From: an uncultured Alphaproteobacteria bacterium
Lineage (GTDB): Bacteria; Pseudomonadota; Alphaproteobacteria; JAAXGF01
DNA: 40,490 bases
Reading direction: 5' to 3'
NCBI GenBank assembly: GCA_964531525.1
Contig: CAZHDF010000006.1
Span: forward strand, 1 to 40,490
A program made the translations under genes and the position numbers. Positions 1 to 10,800 of this stretch are shown piece after piece; position 1 is the first letter of the stretch, and each line of letters starts with the position of its first letter. Under the pieces are notes generated by a model that was given only the letters and a program-made list of their open reading frames with translations, had not been told where the DNA came from and did no database searches.

Positions 1-44
1 CGGGCTGGTCGCCGAGATCAAGGCGGAGGTTGCCTGAGCACGCC

Positions 45-164
45 GTGACCGACGACCAGATCCGCCACATCGTCCGCGAGACGGTGCGCGAGATCCTGAT
101 CGAGCTCGGGCTTGACGTCTCCAGCCCGGAGGAGGTCGTACGCCGCCAAGCCGACTTCGCGTAG
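45..164 (+). pseudogene. Short ORF or truncated phage-like small protein (MTDDQIRHIVRETVREILIELGLDVSSPEEVVRRQADFA*)
   Basis: GTG at 45 and TAG at 162-164, following another ORF end (..GLVAEIKAEVA*, 2-37). From memory it resembles the N-terminus of small alphaproteobacterial phage proteins (VRETL..LG.D...P.E.Q.DFA) that normally continue into a membrane segment. Confidence 0.35.
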
Positions 165-168
165 GCCA

Positions 169-2217
169 TCACTCATGTAATGCCTTACGCAGCGCGTCCG
201 CAGCGTCCGCGTAGAAAAGCACTTGCACCTTTGTTGCAACTTCGTCTGAAAGGTCGATAAGCGCCCGCCGGCATGAGACCGGCATCAGCACTGTGGCTGC
301 GCCCTTTTCCATCGCGAGTTCGACAACGTCGATTGGATTATGGACCGGCTCGATCGAGCCGCCGAGGGTAATTCCGCCTGCCACCGCAAAGCCACCCTTC
401 AGCGATTTACCAAGAAGAGCGGAGCAAAGGGCGATCAGCACGCCGACGCCAACCTGCGCGCCGCTTTTCGCGGCATCGAACGAACGAAGTTGAACCGCGA
501 ATTCATGCTCGCGCGGGTTACGATCCCCGACAAGTTCGTGAGCCCGGCTGTATAGATTCTGCTCCGCAATTTTCACGCTTTCGCGGAAAGGGGTCGGAGG
601 CGACTGGTTGAGAATACGAATCCCGCTTCCAGGGCCTTCCGTGACCTCGATGCGAAACAGGCCGATGTTCTCGTCCTGACCACCTGGGCTAATGGCCCAG
701 ACTTGACCGAACGGCAAGGGGTCGGGCCCGATGCTGGCTTCGCTTTGAAGCTCGGGGGTGGCAACGAACTTTTCGACCCCGTCCAGCCCCATAACGTAGC
801 TGAATTGCGTATTACGGAACTCCGCCGAGCCAATCCGCTTTTGCTGTTCCTTGACCCTGCGACGCATTTCAAGTGCCAAGCGGACCGCCCACTCCAAGTC
901 TTCATCTGGCACCGTTTGGCTGGAATCGGGATAGAGCAACTTCAGGAGACCCGAGACCGTCTTGTTGACGGCGTTCTGGTCGCGGCCTGAAAGGGCGCCG
1001 CCAAAATGAACGCGACCTTGTAGAGTGTTCACTTGGGTCTGCGCCCGCAGCCGACTAAAGAATTCCGCCAGCACATCGCTGACCAAACCGAAGCGATCAG
1101 TGAACAGCTCGCGGCTGATCTTGGGTAAGTCCCAACCCGGTAAATATGCGTGGATACGGTCCATGAAGGCCGTGTCGTTACGCATCTCGGGCGGCAGCGG
1201 GCCGAACAGGTGTCCGATGCGCTGCTGGTGCTGCACGTCAACATCGAAGTTGCCCAACAGGACGATACTCCCCTCGGCGCGGATGCTCTCACGCCCCCGT
1301 GAAAACTCCCCCGATTCCATATAGCCCTTCATAATGTTGACGCCATCCTTCTGATCGAAAGAAATGCCGGACACTTCGTCGAAGCAGACGACGTCGTACT
1401 GGCAAACCAAACCCCGTTGGCCGTTCGCCATATTGACGAACATGCGAGCAACCGTGGCCTTGCCGCCGGAGATCAGGTGAGCGTAAGGCGAAACCTGCTG
1501 AAACAAGTAGCTTTTGCCGGTCCCGCGTGGCCCCAGCTCGACCATGTTGTAATTCCGCTCTACGAACGGAACCATGCGGAGCAACATTGCATCCCGCGCC
1601 CGCTGCGAAAGCTTCCCGGGCTCCAGCCCAACGCTGCGAAGTAACAGCGCCTTCCATTCCTCGGTCGAGAGCTGTGCGCGATCGGCGGCAATCTTCTCCA
1701 GGATGTCGCGGCTCGATAGCTGGATTTCGCGGAGGCTCATTATCTCGAACGGGCGGCCGCCTTTCTCCTGAGCGATGCTGGCGTCGTAGCCGAGTTCGAT
1801 CTCGGCGTAGAAGCCACCGGTCAGCATACGTTCGTGATCCTGCACCAGCCTGTCGGCGATGCGCACGTCGGTCAGCCGCAGGCTCGGCAGGGTGGCAAGA
1901 TAGCTGTCGGTCTTGGCGTCGAGGCGGGCCGTAATGATGTCGATCACACGCACTGAACCGCAGTCCCGAGCGCGGGCCTTGAACAACTCCTCCTCGCCGG
2001 CGCGGACCGAACGGTTGGAGAGTTGCTCCTGCACCATCTGGAGACCTTCCTCGATCTCCTCGGGGTCCGTGCTTGCGCAATACCGTCCGAGCATGAACTC
2101 GACAACGTATGTCGGCACAGGGAATTGGCCTCGGAACCGACGCACCAGGTCCTTGCGCACTAAATGGCCGGGGAAGGCGGCGGCCGCCTTTCGATCTAGA
2201 TCGTCGAGTTCGAACAA
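169..2217 (-). CDS. brxL: BREX system BrxL (AAA+ ATPase with Lon-like C-terminal domain)
   Basis: VPTYVVEFMLGRYC N-terminus, Walker A ELGPRGTGKS, Walker B VCFDEV, MKGYMESGEFSRG, DTAFMDRIH, Lon-like C-terminus; last gene after pglZ. Confidence 0.93.
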   Translation of the reverse strand: MFELDDLDRKAAAAFPGHLVRKDLVRRFRGQFPVPTYVVEFMLGRYCASTDPEEIEEGLQMVQEQLSNRSVRAGEEELFKARARDCGSVRVIDIITARLDAKTDSYLATLPSLRLTDVRIADRLVQDHERMLTGGFYAEIELGYDASIAQEKGGRPFEIMSLREIQLSSRDILEKIAADRAQLSTEEWKALLLRSVGLEPGKLSQRARDAMLLRMVPFVERNYNMVELGPRGTGKSYLFQQVSPYAHLISGGKATVARMFVNMANGQRGLVCQYDVVCFDEVSGISFDQKDGVNIMKGYMESGEFSRGRESIRAEGSIVLLGNFDVDVQHQQRIGHLFGPLPPEMRNDTAFMDRIHAYLPGWDLPKISRELFTDRFGLVSDVLAEFFSRLRAQTQVNTLQGRVHFGGALSGRDQNAVNKTVSGLLKLLYPDSSQTVPDEDLEWAVRLALEMRRRVKEQQKRIGSAEFRNTQFSYVMGLDGVEKFVATPELQSEASIGPDPLPFGQVWAISPGGQDENIGLFRIEVTEGPGSGIRILNQSPPTPFRESVKIAEQNLYSRAHELVGDRNPREHEFAVQLRSFDAAKSGAQVGVGVLIALCSALLGKSLKGGFAVAGGITLGGSIEPVHNPIDVVELAMEKGAATVLMPVSCRRALIDLSDEVATKVQVLFYADAADALRKALHE

Positions 2218-2218
2218 C

Positions 2219-4489
2219 TCAATCTCCCCCGACCGTAAGCGTGCGATGGGCGAGGATTACGCCGTCGTCATCGAGCACCACCAGACAAGCCTGTTGACCT
2301 TCGTAAAGATCGTTGATCAGGAGAGAGGTGCGGCCGTTGTCGTCCAGCACCCGCTCGCCCTTTAAGAGACTGGCGCCGCTCGTCTCCGAGCCGAGCCGGA
2401 CATCCACGCGGAGATCAGCGCCGCCAGCGACTTCGACGCGCAGGCGCAAGCCTTCCCATGCGGCACGGCGGATCGAAACTTGGCGGACAACCGCAACCGA
2501 AGACACGTCGATAACCGGCAGGACGCACTCCTGCGGGCTAATGCCGCCATGGGCATATTCCTGCCCGGCGAAGAACGCCCGCGCCCCTGTGGCAGCGGCG
2601 ATGAAGACCTTAGGGTTCCAGGTCCAGGGAACCTGGAGATACGATGTTTCCGCCTCCGCCTTGACCATTGCGCAGCGGCTGCGCTTGCCTTGCGGCTCGA
2701 CCAAACCGATATCAAGTGCCGCCTTCGGCAGGCCACCGGGCATCAGCAACCAACCGTGATCGGTGATGATGCGCACCCGTCGGCCGCTCCGGGCGAGTTG
2801 TAGCGCCCGGTCCGCCGCGTCGCGAATGCCGCCCGCAAGACGGTCGGCCAGATGGGCACCAAGGGCGTGGCCTTCTTCGTCGAATCGACCCGTTTCCGTC
2901 CAAAGCCTGCCTTCAGGCAATAGCAACTCTTCCGTCTCCCAGCCGGCTTCCGCTAACTCTTTGAAGAGCACTGGCTTGGTCACAGGTTTACCGTCCGAAT
3001 TTACTGGCAGGACATCAGCGGTGGAGTCTGGTCCCCGGAGGCGGTCGGCAATAGGCGATATCAGCGCTTTGCATGTCGCCGTCACCGTCGGAAAGCCAGA
3101 CCAACACCAGGTCAAATCAACCGAGGCACCCTCGGCTTCGAGCAGGCCCGCCAGTTCGTGGGCCAAGTCCATCCGCAATCCGTCCACGAAGAGAAGCGTA
3201 TCCGAAGCGTCGAGCTTTTCGGGACCGGCGAGACGTACCTTGCCCTGGCGCACCAATTCCTGGAGTGCGACGGCACCTTCGTCCAGCCACGGCATGTAGA
3301 CCGCGCGCAGGGCCACCGTCACGGCCGCGCGGTCGATTTCACGCGGCACGGCGGCTAAGGCTTGGACCGCGGCCCAATCCACTGCCCAACCCTCTCGGGC
3401 GTAGGCCTCGGCCAATGCCACTCCATCGTGCGTCGGTAGTGGCTTGGTCGCAGCAATCTCCGCGAGATGGGCCAAGGCCATTGCCAGCGGGGCCTCGCCG
3501 CGCTGCGCCCAGACGGTCTCACGCCGCCAGGCATGGGCTTCTTCCAGTGTCTGGAGACGCGCGCGGGCCTCCGAAAGTGCGAGGTCTGCAAGCTTCAACA
3601 AGTCGTCGCGCAGCTTCTTCTCCTCGCTAACGTTGACGCGCGGATATGTCGTCTTATCGGCCAACAAGTCCGGAGGCTCCTCGGCGGAGAGCAGGCGAAC
3701 CACGCCTTCGTAGCCGGTACTGGACGCAAAGCGGTTCCATACCGTTGCCCACTTGTCCTGGCGCTGCGCAAGCCTTCGCGCGGCGTCCTGGCGGGACAAT
3801 TTGCGCGGATCGAAACCGAGTTCTTTAGTGGCCAAGCCGGCGAAGGCCGCGAAGCGCCCCGGATCGGCTGCCGGATCGAACGTGCCATCCATCCAGTCGA
3901 GCATGTCGGCCGGCAGGTCTGGCGCCAGAAGGGTATGCAGCGCACCGGCGTCCCACCGCTTACCCCGCAGCTCCTCGAGCGGGCGCGTGCAGAAACGTAG
4001 TGCGGCATGGGCGAGTGCGGCACGGGTCGCAGGGTCCTCTGCGATCTCCAACTTTAGCCGCCCGCGCTCGGCGGCGAGGAACCCGCGCAGCGTCCAGTCC
4101 TTGCCGTTCACATGGCCGAAGAACGTGCCGGCGACGGTGAACCAGACCAGCGGCTGGAGTAACGGCGGACAGTCCTCTGCACCGCGCAATGTCTCGCGGC
4201 CAACGCCCGGAAGGTAGAGAAGCGGCACAGACTCTTCGGGCAAACCCAAGTCGGGCAGTGCTCGGGCCACCGCGGCACGCAGCCACACCGCCGGGCCGGT
4301 GCGCGTCTCGGGATCGTAGTCACCATAGGTCAGCAGCTGCGGTAGTCGCTCGCGAAGCGTGGGGATGAGCGGCGCAAACTCCCGATTCGCGTCGCACCAG
4401 ACGATGGCTTCTGGGGGCGCCTCGGCCGCCGCATTGTAGCTCCCGGCCTCTTCCAGGGCAGCGATCAGGGCGTCGAGCGGTGTCGTCAC
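2219..4489 (-). CDS. pglZ: BREX-1 phosphatase/nuclease PglZ (type B-like)
   Basis: FVDGLRMD, PTVTATCK, ITDHGW and YAHGGISPQE alkaline-phosphatase-fold motifs. Start re-placed at GTG 4489, which overlaps the pglX stop (GTGA). Confidence 0.92.
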   Translation of the reverse strand: MTTPLDALIAALEEAGSYNAAAEAPPEAIVWCDANREFAPLIPTLRERLPQLLTYGDYDPETRTGPAVWLRAAVARALPDLGLPEESVPLLYLPGVGRETLRGAEDCPPLLQPLVWFTVAGTFFGHVNGKDWTLRGFLAAERGRLKLEIAEDPATRAALAHAALRFCTRPLEELRGKRWDAGALHTLLAPDLPADMLDWMDGTFDPAADPGRFAAFAGLATKELGFDPRKLSRQDAARRLAQRQDKWATVWNRFASSTGYEGVVRLLSAEEPPDLLADKTTYPRVNVSEEKKLRDDLLKLADLALSEARARLQTLEEAHAWRRETVWAQRGEAPLAMALAHLAEIAATKPLPTHDGVALAEAYAREGWAVDWAAVQALAAVPREIDRAAVTVALRAVYMPWLDEGAVALQELVRQGKVRLAGPEKLDASDTLLFVDGLRMDLAHELAGLLEAEGASVDLTWCWSGFPTVTATCKALISPIADRLRGPDSTADVLPVNSDGKPVTKPVLFKELAEAGWETEELLLPEGRLWTETGRFDEEGHALGAHLADRLAGGIRDAADRALQLARSGRRVRIITDHGWLLMPGGLPKAALDIGLVEPQGKRSRCAMVKAEAETSYLQVPWTWNPKVFIAAATGARAFFAGQEYAHGGISPQECVLPVIDVSSVAVVRQVSIRRAAWEGLRLRVEVAGGADLRVDVRLGSETSGASLLKGERVLDDNGRTSLLINDLYEGQQACLVVLDDDGVILAHRTLTVGGD

Positions 4490-7400
4490 GCGGTGCCCTC
4501 CGTTCGTTTCGTCGCTGCCTCGTGCGCCCCTTCGCGCGCCGCGCGCTTCTCGGCCAACGTAGTGTGGTGATCGTTGATACGCTCGCCCTTGAACACCGGA
4601 TACCAGGGCGCGGACGGCACGTCCTTGCCGCGGTCCTTGGTCCACCTGATCTTGGGCGTGTCGCGCAAAACGCCGGCGATCACGAAAGGCCGGATATTCA
4701 TCCGCACGCCGTCGTCCAGGTCCGGGTCCCAACCGAGCGGTTGCGCGTGAAGCGGCTTCCAGCGGACGAAGATGTCGTAAGGGTCCTCGCCCTCAAGGAT
4801 ACGCTCCAGCATTTGCTGAAGCTCGCGCGCCTTCTCGACGCGAAGCTCATTTTTTTCCGCTTTGGCACGAGCGATCCAGTCGCCGAGCACGGTGTAGGTG
4901 AGCTTGCGGAGCGTCGCGGTATCGAAGCGGTGATAGTGAACGAAGGCGGAGAAGCCGTCCTTCAGCCCGTCCCAGATGTGCCATAGGAAGGGACGTTGAT
5001 GGAACAGGGCGCAATGCTGGCGGAACGCGCGATCACGCAGCCAAGCTTCGAGCGATGTGTCCCTGGTCGGTTTATTGTTGAAGCGCTCATCGGCTTCGGC
5101 GACCAAGCGGCGTTCCACGGTATCGGACCACTCGCCACCGAACGCTACTGCGAGATAGCCGCGAAGGCGCTCGGCGAGCGGCCGTTCGCCAGCCACTGCG
5201 GGAAGGCACAGAATTCCATCAGCATCTGCCGGCGGCAAGGTCGCCGCCTTGGCAATCCATTCCTGAGCCTCGGCCGAAAGGCGCATTTCGGAGTCGGTTT
5301 CCGCCGGCCAGCGATAGCCCGCCAGGCGGGCGAGGGCGACGTGCAGCGTCGTTCCGGTTTCCGCCTTCGTTGGATGGCCGTGAAACAGCCATTGGGTCGG
5401 GTCGTCAGAGTAAGGCTCGGGCAAACCATTCGGAAATTGTTCTCGCGCAACTAACTGCCAGTGCTTTAAGTCGAATGGCACCTTTCCTAGCGTGGTTGTT
5501 GCGACTTGAAATTTGCTGTTTATCTTTCGGACTTCCGAGGCGTATTTTTCTGACTTAAGAAACGCATAGATGGCTGGCAAATGTTTATCGTCTTCCGCAA
5601 TAAATACTGCTGCAGAATTATCGTAAACACTTCCCACATAGACACATGCAGGTAAGTTGCCCATCCAGGAAACCGAGATTCCTATTTTACCCCATGCAGG
5701 CTTGCCACAACGCCAACCGACAACTTTCTTTCCAAGACGCTCGTATTCTTGAACAATGCGATCCATCGGACCACCATCGTCTCGGTTAGCACTTACGTAA
5801 TGCAATCCAGAGAAGTCCGATCCCCGCCTTGGGGAAGAACTGTGGAGTCTCCAGTATTCAGTAATAATAGGTTCCCAGAAATATAATCTTAGCCTCACAA
5901 TATCGATTGTCTTGGCACCTTCTATTGGTTTAGCATACTTTGAAAGAAGAGGAAGTTCTTCTTGTCGTTCAGCAACAACGATAATTGAGTCTGGATTCTT
6001 CAGCTGGCGGTATTGGCGCTTAAGCGTAGGGTGGCTCGAAATTAGCTTGCACTGTTTCTCGGCCGGATCTGCCGTTTTGCTTACGTCGAACCCTGCAAAA
6101 ATCGTGTCGGCGTTTGGTCTTGACGCAGAAAATGCCAGTAGCGCGGTGTTAACAACCTCACCCGTTATAGTTTCGAATGCCCGAGGGCCAAGAGGGGCAA
6201 CAAAATGTAGAGCACATGCGTTCAGAATATATCGGCGAAATAACTCGAATGTTCCAAGGAAAAGAGGTTCTTGCTTAATTACGCTACAAACAGTTCCTTT
6301 GCTTTCCGAGAGTCGCAACATTTTCACTATCATCGCCGTGCATAGGTCCAGCTCAGCCGGCGAATAGTGGTCAACAAGAAACCTTGCCAATGGCGTATTT
6401 TGACGTGCTGCTCCAAGGTAGGGAACGTTCGTAGCCTGAAGAGTGTAGCGCCTGTGTAGCAACGAAACGGCATCGGCCATACCGCGTGCTGCGATGGCGC
6501 CCTCAGCGCGTTCCGGCTCGGCCGCCCGTGCGCGCTCGATCAACGGCTCGAGCATTTCCTCAATGCGCGCGACGCGCACCGGATCGGCCAGGTCACCACC
6601 GGTCGGTTCGATCAAGCTGCCGAGCAGCGGTGCCTGGGCGAACAGATCGTGGAGGACTCCCAGGGCGCGCGCGAGGTCTGCGTTGCTGTTCGAAAGCCCG
6701 ACGAATTCCGCCTTCGGCAGCGGCGGTGGCGCCCCGACCCAGGCGATGTGGGGCAAAGGCAGGGACTGCCAGCCGCCAATGCGCCAGGCGGTCAAGGCCA
6801 CGGCGAAGGCGGCAATCTGCACGCAGCGGCCGTCGATTTCCAGGCCGTGCAAATTGTCACGCAAAACGGCGGCGACGGAATCGGCCGGGGAGAGGCTTTC
6901 TTCAGCCTGACGCAGCGCTGCCAGGATCGCCAAGGCCTCGGTCAGAAAATGCCCCGACCCACAGCAAGGGTCGAGCACGGTGATGTCCTTGGCTTCCGTC
7001 GGCCAGCCCGGAAATGTGCCAGCCGCCGGCCGCCACCTACCGTCCTCCTTGACGAAACGCAGCATGTCGAAGCTGTAGCCGGGAGGGGCGCAGGCCTCGC
7101 GCAAAGTCGCCTCGTCGGGGGCATTGGTCGCCAGATCAGGTTTGGTCACCAAAACCTTGCCCGCCCACCATGCGCCGAGCGTGTTGTGCAGGAGAAACCG
7201 CACCATGTAGGGTTCGGTGAAAAGCTGCGTGACCGCCGGCAATTCATTCTCGCCGATCTTGCGCCCCGAGCGGTTCACGGCGTCCTTCTCCGCCGCACGC
7301 CAAAATTGATATGTCCATCCCAGGCTGTCCTCGGCGTGGAATACAGCCGCATCCAATCCGGTTACGAGTCGTTGCAGGGTCTGGGCGTGTTCCGGTGCGA

Positions 7401-7872
7401 AGGACAAGGCCAATACCGGATCGTTTGGCTGGAACACCGCCGGTAGCATGGCTGCAGCATAGCGCTCGGCGACCGCCCAGCCGTCGGGTAGCCCTTGCTC
7501 GACGGCAAGCTCATGACAGTCCTGCAAGCTCACCGGAACGTCATGTTCGGGATGGCGGAGAAAATCGCGTTCCGCGAGAAACCGGGCGAACAGCATACGG
7601 TGCCAGTGGGCATAGGCTGTCGCCTCGATGAGCTGACGCGTTTCCTGCCGATCAGTGGTGCGATCGAGCGCGTCGCCGAGCGCGCGCCCGTGTGCCCGCA
7701 GCCGACGACGCAGCGCCTTTGCATTTTCGTCCAGATGGGCCGGTGCTTTCGCCTCGGATATGCCGAGCCGGCGGATGGCATCCGCTACCCCCCGTTCAGC
7801 GACCTCCCGCGCTTCACGGACGACCTTCTCCAGGGTGCGGCGCAGCGATGTGGCGAGATACCGATCCGTCAT
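4486..7872 (-). CDS. pglX: BREX-1 adenine methyltransferase PglX (BrxX)
   Basis: TQLFTEPYMV, motif I LDPCCGSGHF, motif IV TNVPY, C-terminal PDLDDGVRMNIRPF; lies between brxC and pglZ. Confidence 0.93.
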   Translation of the reverse strand: MTDRYLATSLRRTLEKVVREAREVAERGVADAIRRLGISEAKAPAHLDENAKALRRRLRAHGRALGDALDRTTDRQETRQLIEATAYAHWHRMLFARFLAERDFLRHPEHDVPVSLQDCHELAVEQGLPDGWAVAERYAAAMLPAVFQPNDPVLALSFAPEHAQTLQRLVTGLDAAVFHAEDSLGWTYQFWRAAEKDAVNRSGRKIGENELPAVTQLFTEPYMVRFLLHNTLGAWWAGKVLVTKPDLATNAPDEATLREACAPPGYSFDMLRFVKEDGRWRPAAGTFPGWPTEAKDITVLDPCCGSGHFLTEALAILAALRQAEESLSPADSVAAVLRDNLHGLEIDGRCVQIAAFAVALTAWRIGGWQSLPLPHIAWVGAPPPLPKAEFVGLSNSNADLARALGVLHDLFAQAPLLGSLIEPTGGDLADPVRVARIEEMLEPLIERARAAEPERAEGAIAARGMADAVSLLHRRYTLQATNVPYLGAARQNTPLARFLVDHYSPAELDLCTAMIVKMLRLSESKGTVCSVIKQEPLFLGTFELFRRYILNACALHFVAPLGPRAFETITGEVVNTALLAFSASRPNADTIFAGFDVSKTADPAEKQCKLISSHPTLKRQYRQLKNPDSIIVVAERQEELPLLSKYAKPIEGAKTIDIVRLRLYFWEPIITEYWRLHSSSPRRGSDFSGLHYVSANRDDGGPMDRIVQEYERLGKKVVGWRCGKPAWGKIGISVSWMGNLPACVYVGSVYDNSAAVFIAEDDKHLPAIYAFLKSEKYASEVRKINSKFQVATTTLGKVPFDLKHWQLVAREQFPNGLPEPYSDDPTQWLFHGHPTKAETGTTLHVALARLAGYRWPAETDSEMRLSAEAQEWIAKAATLPPADADGILCLPAVAGERPLAERLRGYLAVAFGGEWSDTVERRLVAEADERFNNKPTRDTSLEAWLRDRAFRQHCALFHQRPFLWHIWDGLKDGFSAFVHYHRFDTATLRKLTYTVLGDWIARAKAEKNELRVEKARELQQMLERILEGEDPYDIFVRWKPLHAQPLGWDPDLDDGVRMNIRPFVIAGVLRDTPKIRWTKDRGKDVPSAPWYPVFKGERINDHHTTLAEKRAAREGAHEAATKRTEGTA

Positions 7873-7875
7873 CGC

Positions 7876-10800
7876 TTACACCTTTGGGATCACAGGACCG
7901 TCGGCGAGCGCCGCTTTGATCCGTTTGCGTAGCGTTTCAAGCCAAGTATCGAGGTCCGCCTCGCTCTTCAGCAGCCCACCGGGCAAGGTCACGGTGCGCG
8001 CCGTCGGTTCCAGCAGGGCCGCAGCTTGGGCGAGTGCCTCCTCGATGCGCGTCGGCAATGCCTTCGTCATGTTGTCCCACTCGGACAGGCCCCGCAGCGA
8101 CAGGGCGCCGGCGATGGCGTCCGGCGTATCCACCGTCGGCTTTTCCACCATCAGCAGGCCGACGTCTCGCCTTATGTCGTGCTTTTGCTCCGGTGTAAGG
8201 CGGTTCCAGGTGGCATCATTGGCAAGCCGTTCCCCCCCAATCTCCCACGCCTTCTCCCAGGCGGCATGCGCCGCATTGAGGTGCGCACGTAGCGCATCAG
8301 CCGCCGCGGCAACGATGGGCGGGACGGGATCGGGATCAGCGAGCAGACTGCGCTCTTGCCGCACCGTCTCAAGATCGCTCGCCCGGTCGGTCGCGCCGAG
8401 TTCCACCAGGCGTTGGGCCAGGTGCCAAGACGGCAGGCGCTTGTCAATTTTCTGCGCCGCCGCCCGCCAATCCTTGAGTTTCGCCCGCAAAGTCTGGGCG
8501 TCCGTGGCAAGCGCGACCAGAAGATCGTTGCCGGACAGCGTCCGCAACGTGGTGATGTTGGGCACCTGCTCAGCCTCGGGCGCTGGGGGCTCGCCGCCTG
8601 CGGACTTGGCCAAGGACTCCAAGCGATCGAGCAGTGCCGTTAGGGCGAAGGCTTCCTGACCCTTCTCGAAGGGCACACCGGCTTCCGTTAGCAGGCCAGC
8701 CACCGCAAGCCGTTGGGTGACGGTAACGACCGTCGTTTCCGCCCGGAAGGTGCACGGGCCAATCTTGGCCCTTGGTAGATCGGGCAGAGACACCGGCTTA
8801 CCGTCCTCTCCGGTCACGCGAACTAGGCCGGCATTTGCAAGAACGGTGAGCGCACCATCGACCGCGTCTTGCGGCCAGCCATAATCCAAGCCGGTAAACT
8901 TGGCCCGGAGATCAGATCCTTTGCGTCCCGGGCCGAGGTCGGCCAACAGCGCCTTGCAAACAGGGTGCGCTTCAGGTGCGTTAGCATGATCGACAGCCCT
9001 TAACGCGTCCGGGTCTTTTCGACGCGCGCGGTCGAGCACCTTACCCCAACCCGCGTGATCGCCATCGGCAAACTTCGGGTAGAGGCGCGCCAGGGCATTC
9101 TTGGCCGCTTCTTTTACGGCCTCGGCCGATGTCCCAGTGATTGTTTGCCCTCCAGCCTGCATGATACGCGCCTGGGCTACAGCTTCTTCCAGGATTTCCC
9201 GGGCGGCGGCAGCCGCCTTGTCGGCGCGCGACTGCATCGCGGATTGCGCCTCGCGCCCGGCGTCAGTTTGCGGCACGCCCTTAATTTGAATGACGTGCTC
9301 AGCGGCACGCTGAGTTGTCAGGGCTCGTGCGAGATCCTCGCGCCGGTGATGCGGAATCAGAAGATGGATTGTCGCATCGGTTGCGGGCGCCGCCGCGATC
9401 TCCTTCTCCACGGCGCCGATGTCTTCGTCCCATCCGTTATGGAGGCGCAAGATCACGCCGTCTGATGGGGCCTTTTCATCGTGCTGAAGTCGGTGAATAC
9501 GACGCTGTTGTCTGCTCGCGCCGTGAGGCACGGACGCGGCGCCAGCGAGGGCGCTATCGATCGCCTGATCGAGGAGGTCACGCCGCCTCCGGCTTATGGC
9601 CGATGGGTCGGCGAGAACCGCCTTCTCTTCGGCACGGTAGGCTGCTTCCCACTCAGCGCTTTCCTTTGTCTGTAAGCGCCATTCGCCGGACACCTCGATG
9701 ACGGCGCCATCATCCTGTAGCTCTTGCAGAAGCGCAGGGACTTTTCGGCGCAACTCTGGCTCGCCAGCCAGATCTACGACGAGCAGGTCGGCTATCGTCT
9801 CCGCCTGGGTGCGCACGCCGTGATGGTCGGCCTCTGGGGCAATCCGGCCCAGCATGTAGACCAGCATCAGAATCCTTGCCTTCAGCGGATCGTCGCCGTT
9901 TCCGGCGCGAAGCGCCTCGATTTGGTTTCGGGTTTCGGCGGGCAGAAGCCCGGCGTTAAAAGCTTCCGTTGCGAAGCGGCTGTACAGGAAATCCGCGGGC
10001 ACCGCGTGACCGAGAGGCCGGTCCGCATAGGTGCGTGCCGCATCCAACGTGGTGCGGAGCTGACCTCGCAATGTTCCTCCCAAGCCGGTCCGGTCCAACT
10101 CCCGCAAAATGCGTTCCCAAACACGTCGCCGCGAGGGGAGCAGTGGCCAATCGAGTACTGCGTCGCCTTCATCCTGGACCGTGTGAGCCAAGCGACTACC
10201 CCGCAGATGGCGACTGATTTCGCCGGAATGCTGCTCCAGCATCTTCCTGATTTCCGGCTCAGCCGAAGGTTTCTTGCGCAGCACGGTCTTGCGGATCACG
10301 GTATCTACGTCGGCTTCGCCGAGCGCGATCTGCACCGGGAAACGATCGAGAAGCTTTTGCAGGTCCCTCACATCGCTCAGGGCTTGTTGACCTGTCGCCA
10401 CGAGCAGGACGCGACCATCGAACCGGCTGGAGAGACGCTCGGCGATGGTTTGAATTTTCAACGTGAGCGCCGGGTCTTGACGAATGAACTGCTGAACCTC
10501 GTCGAGCACGATGAGCGTGAGGGGCAACTCCTTGCGCCCGAGCATCAGGGCCTGTCGCCCCATATCCTCCAGCAAGCTCACATCGACGGGCGGCGGTTCC
10601 GGGAATTGGGTTTGCAGTTTTGAACTCAGCTCATGGGCGTCGTTTGCGAGATCCGGCTTCGCTTTGAGCACAGCTGCGGCGAAGCGAGGCGAAAGAATAA
10701 AATTACGGATGTCCACCTCGAACGTGCTGCCGAGGTAGTTACGAACATCGTCAAGGATATCGAGACTGGCCAGCCAAAGGGCCACCTGGGCGGCACGAAG

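Noticed and set aside
4490-4732. 81-aa N-terminal extension of PglZ in the ORF track
   Set aside because: It overlaps the pglX coding end; the GTGA stop/start coupling at 4486-4489 is a better start.
4486-7872. Phase-variable or invertible pglX
   Set aside because: No second partial pglX copy, flanking inverted repeats or obvious slippage tract were seen by eye.
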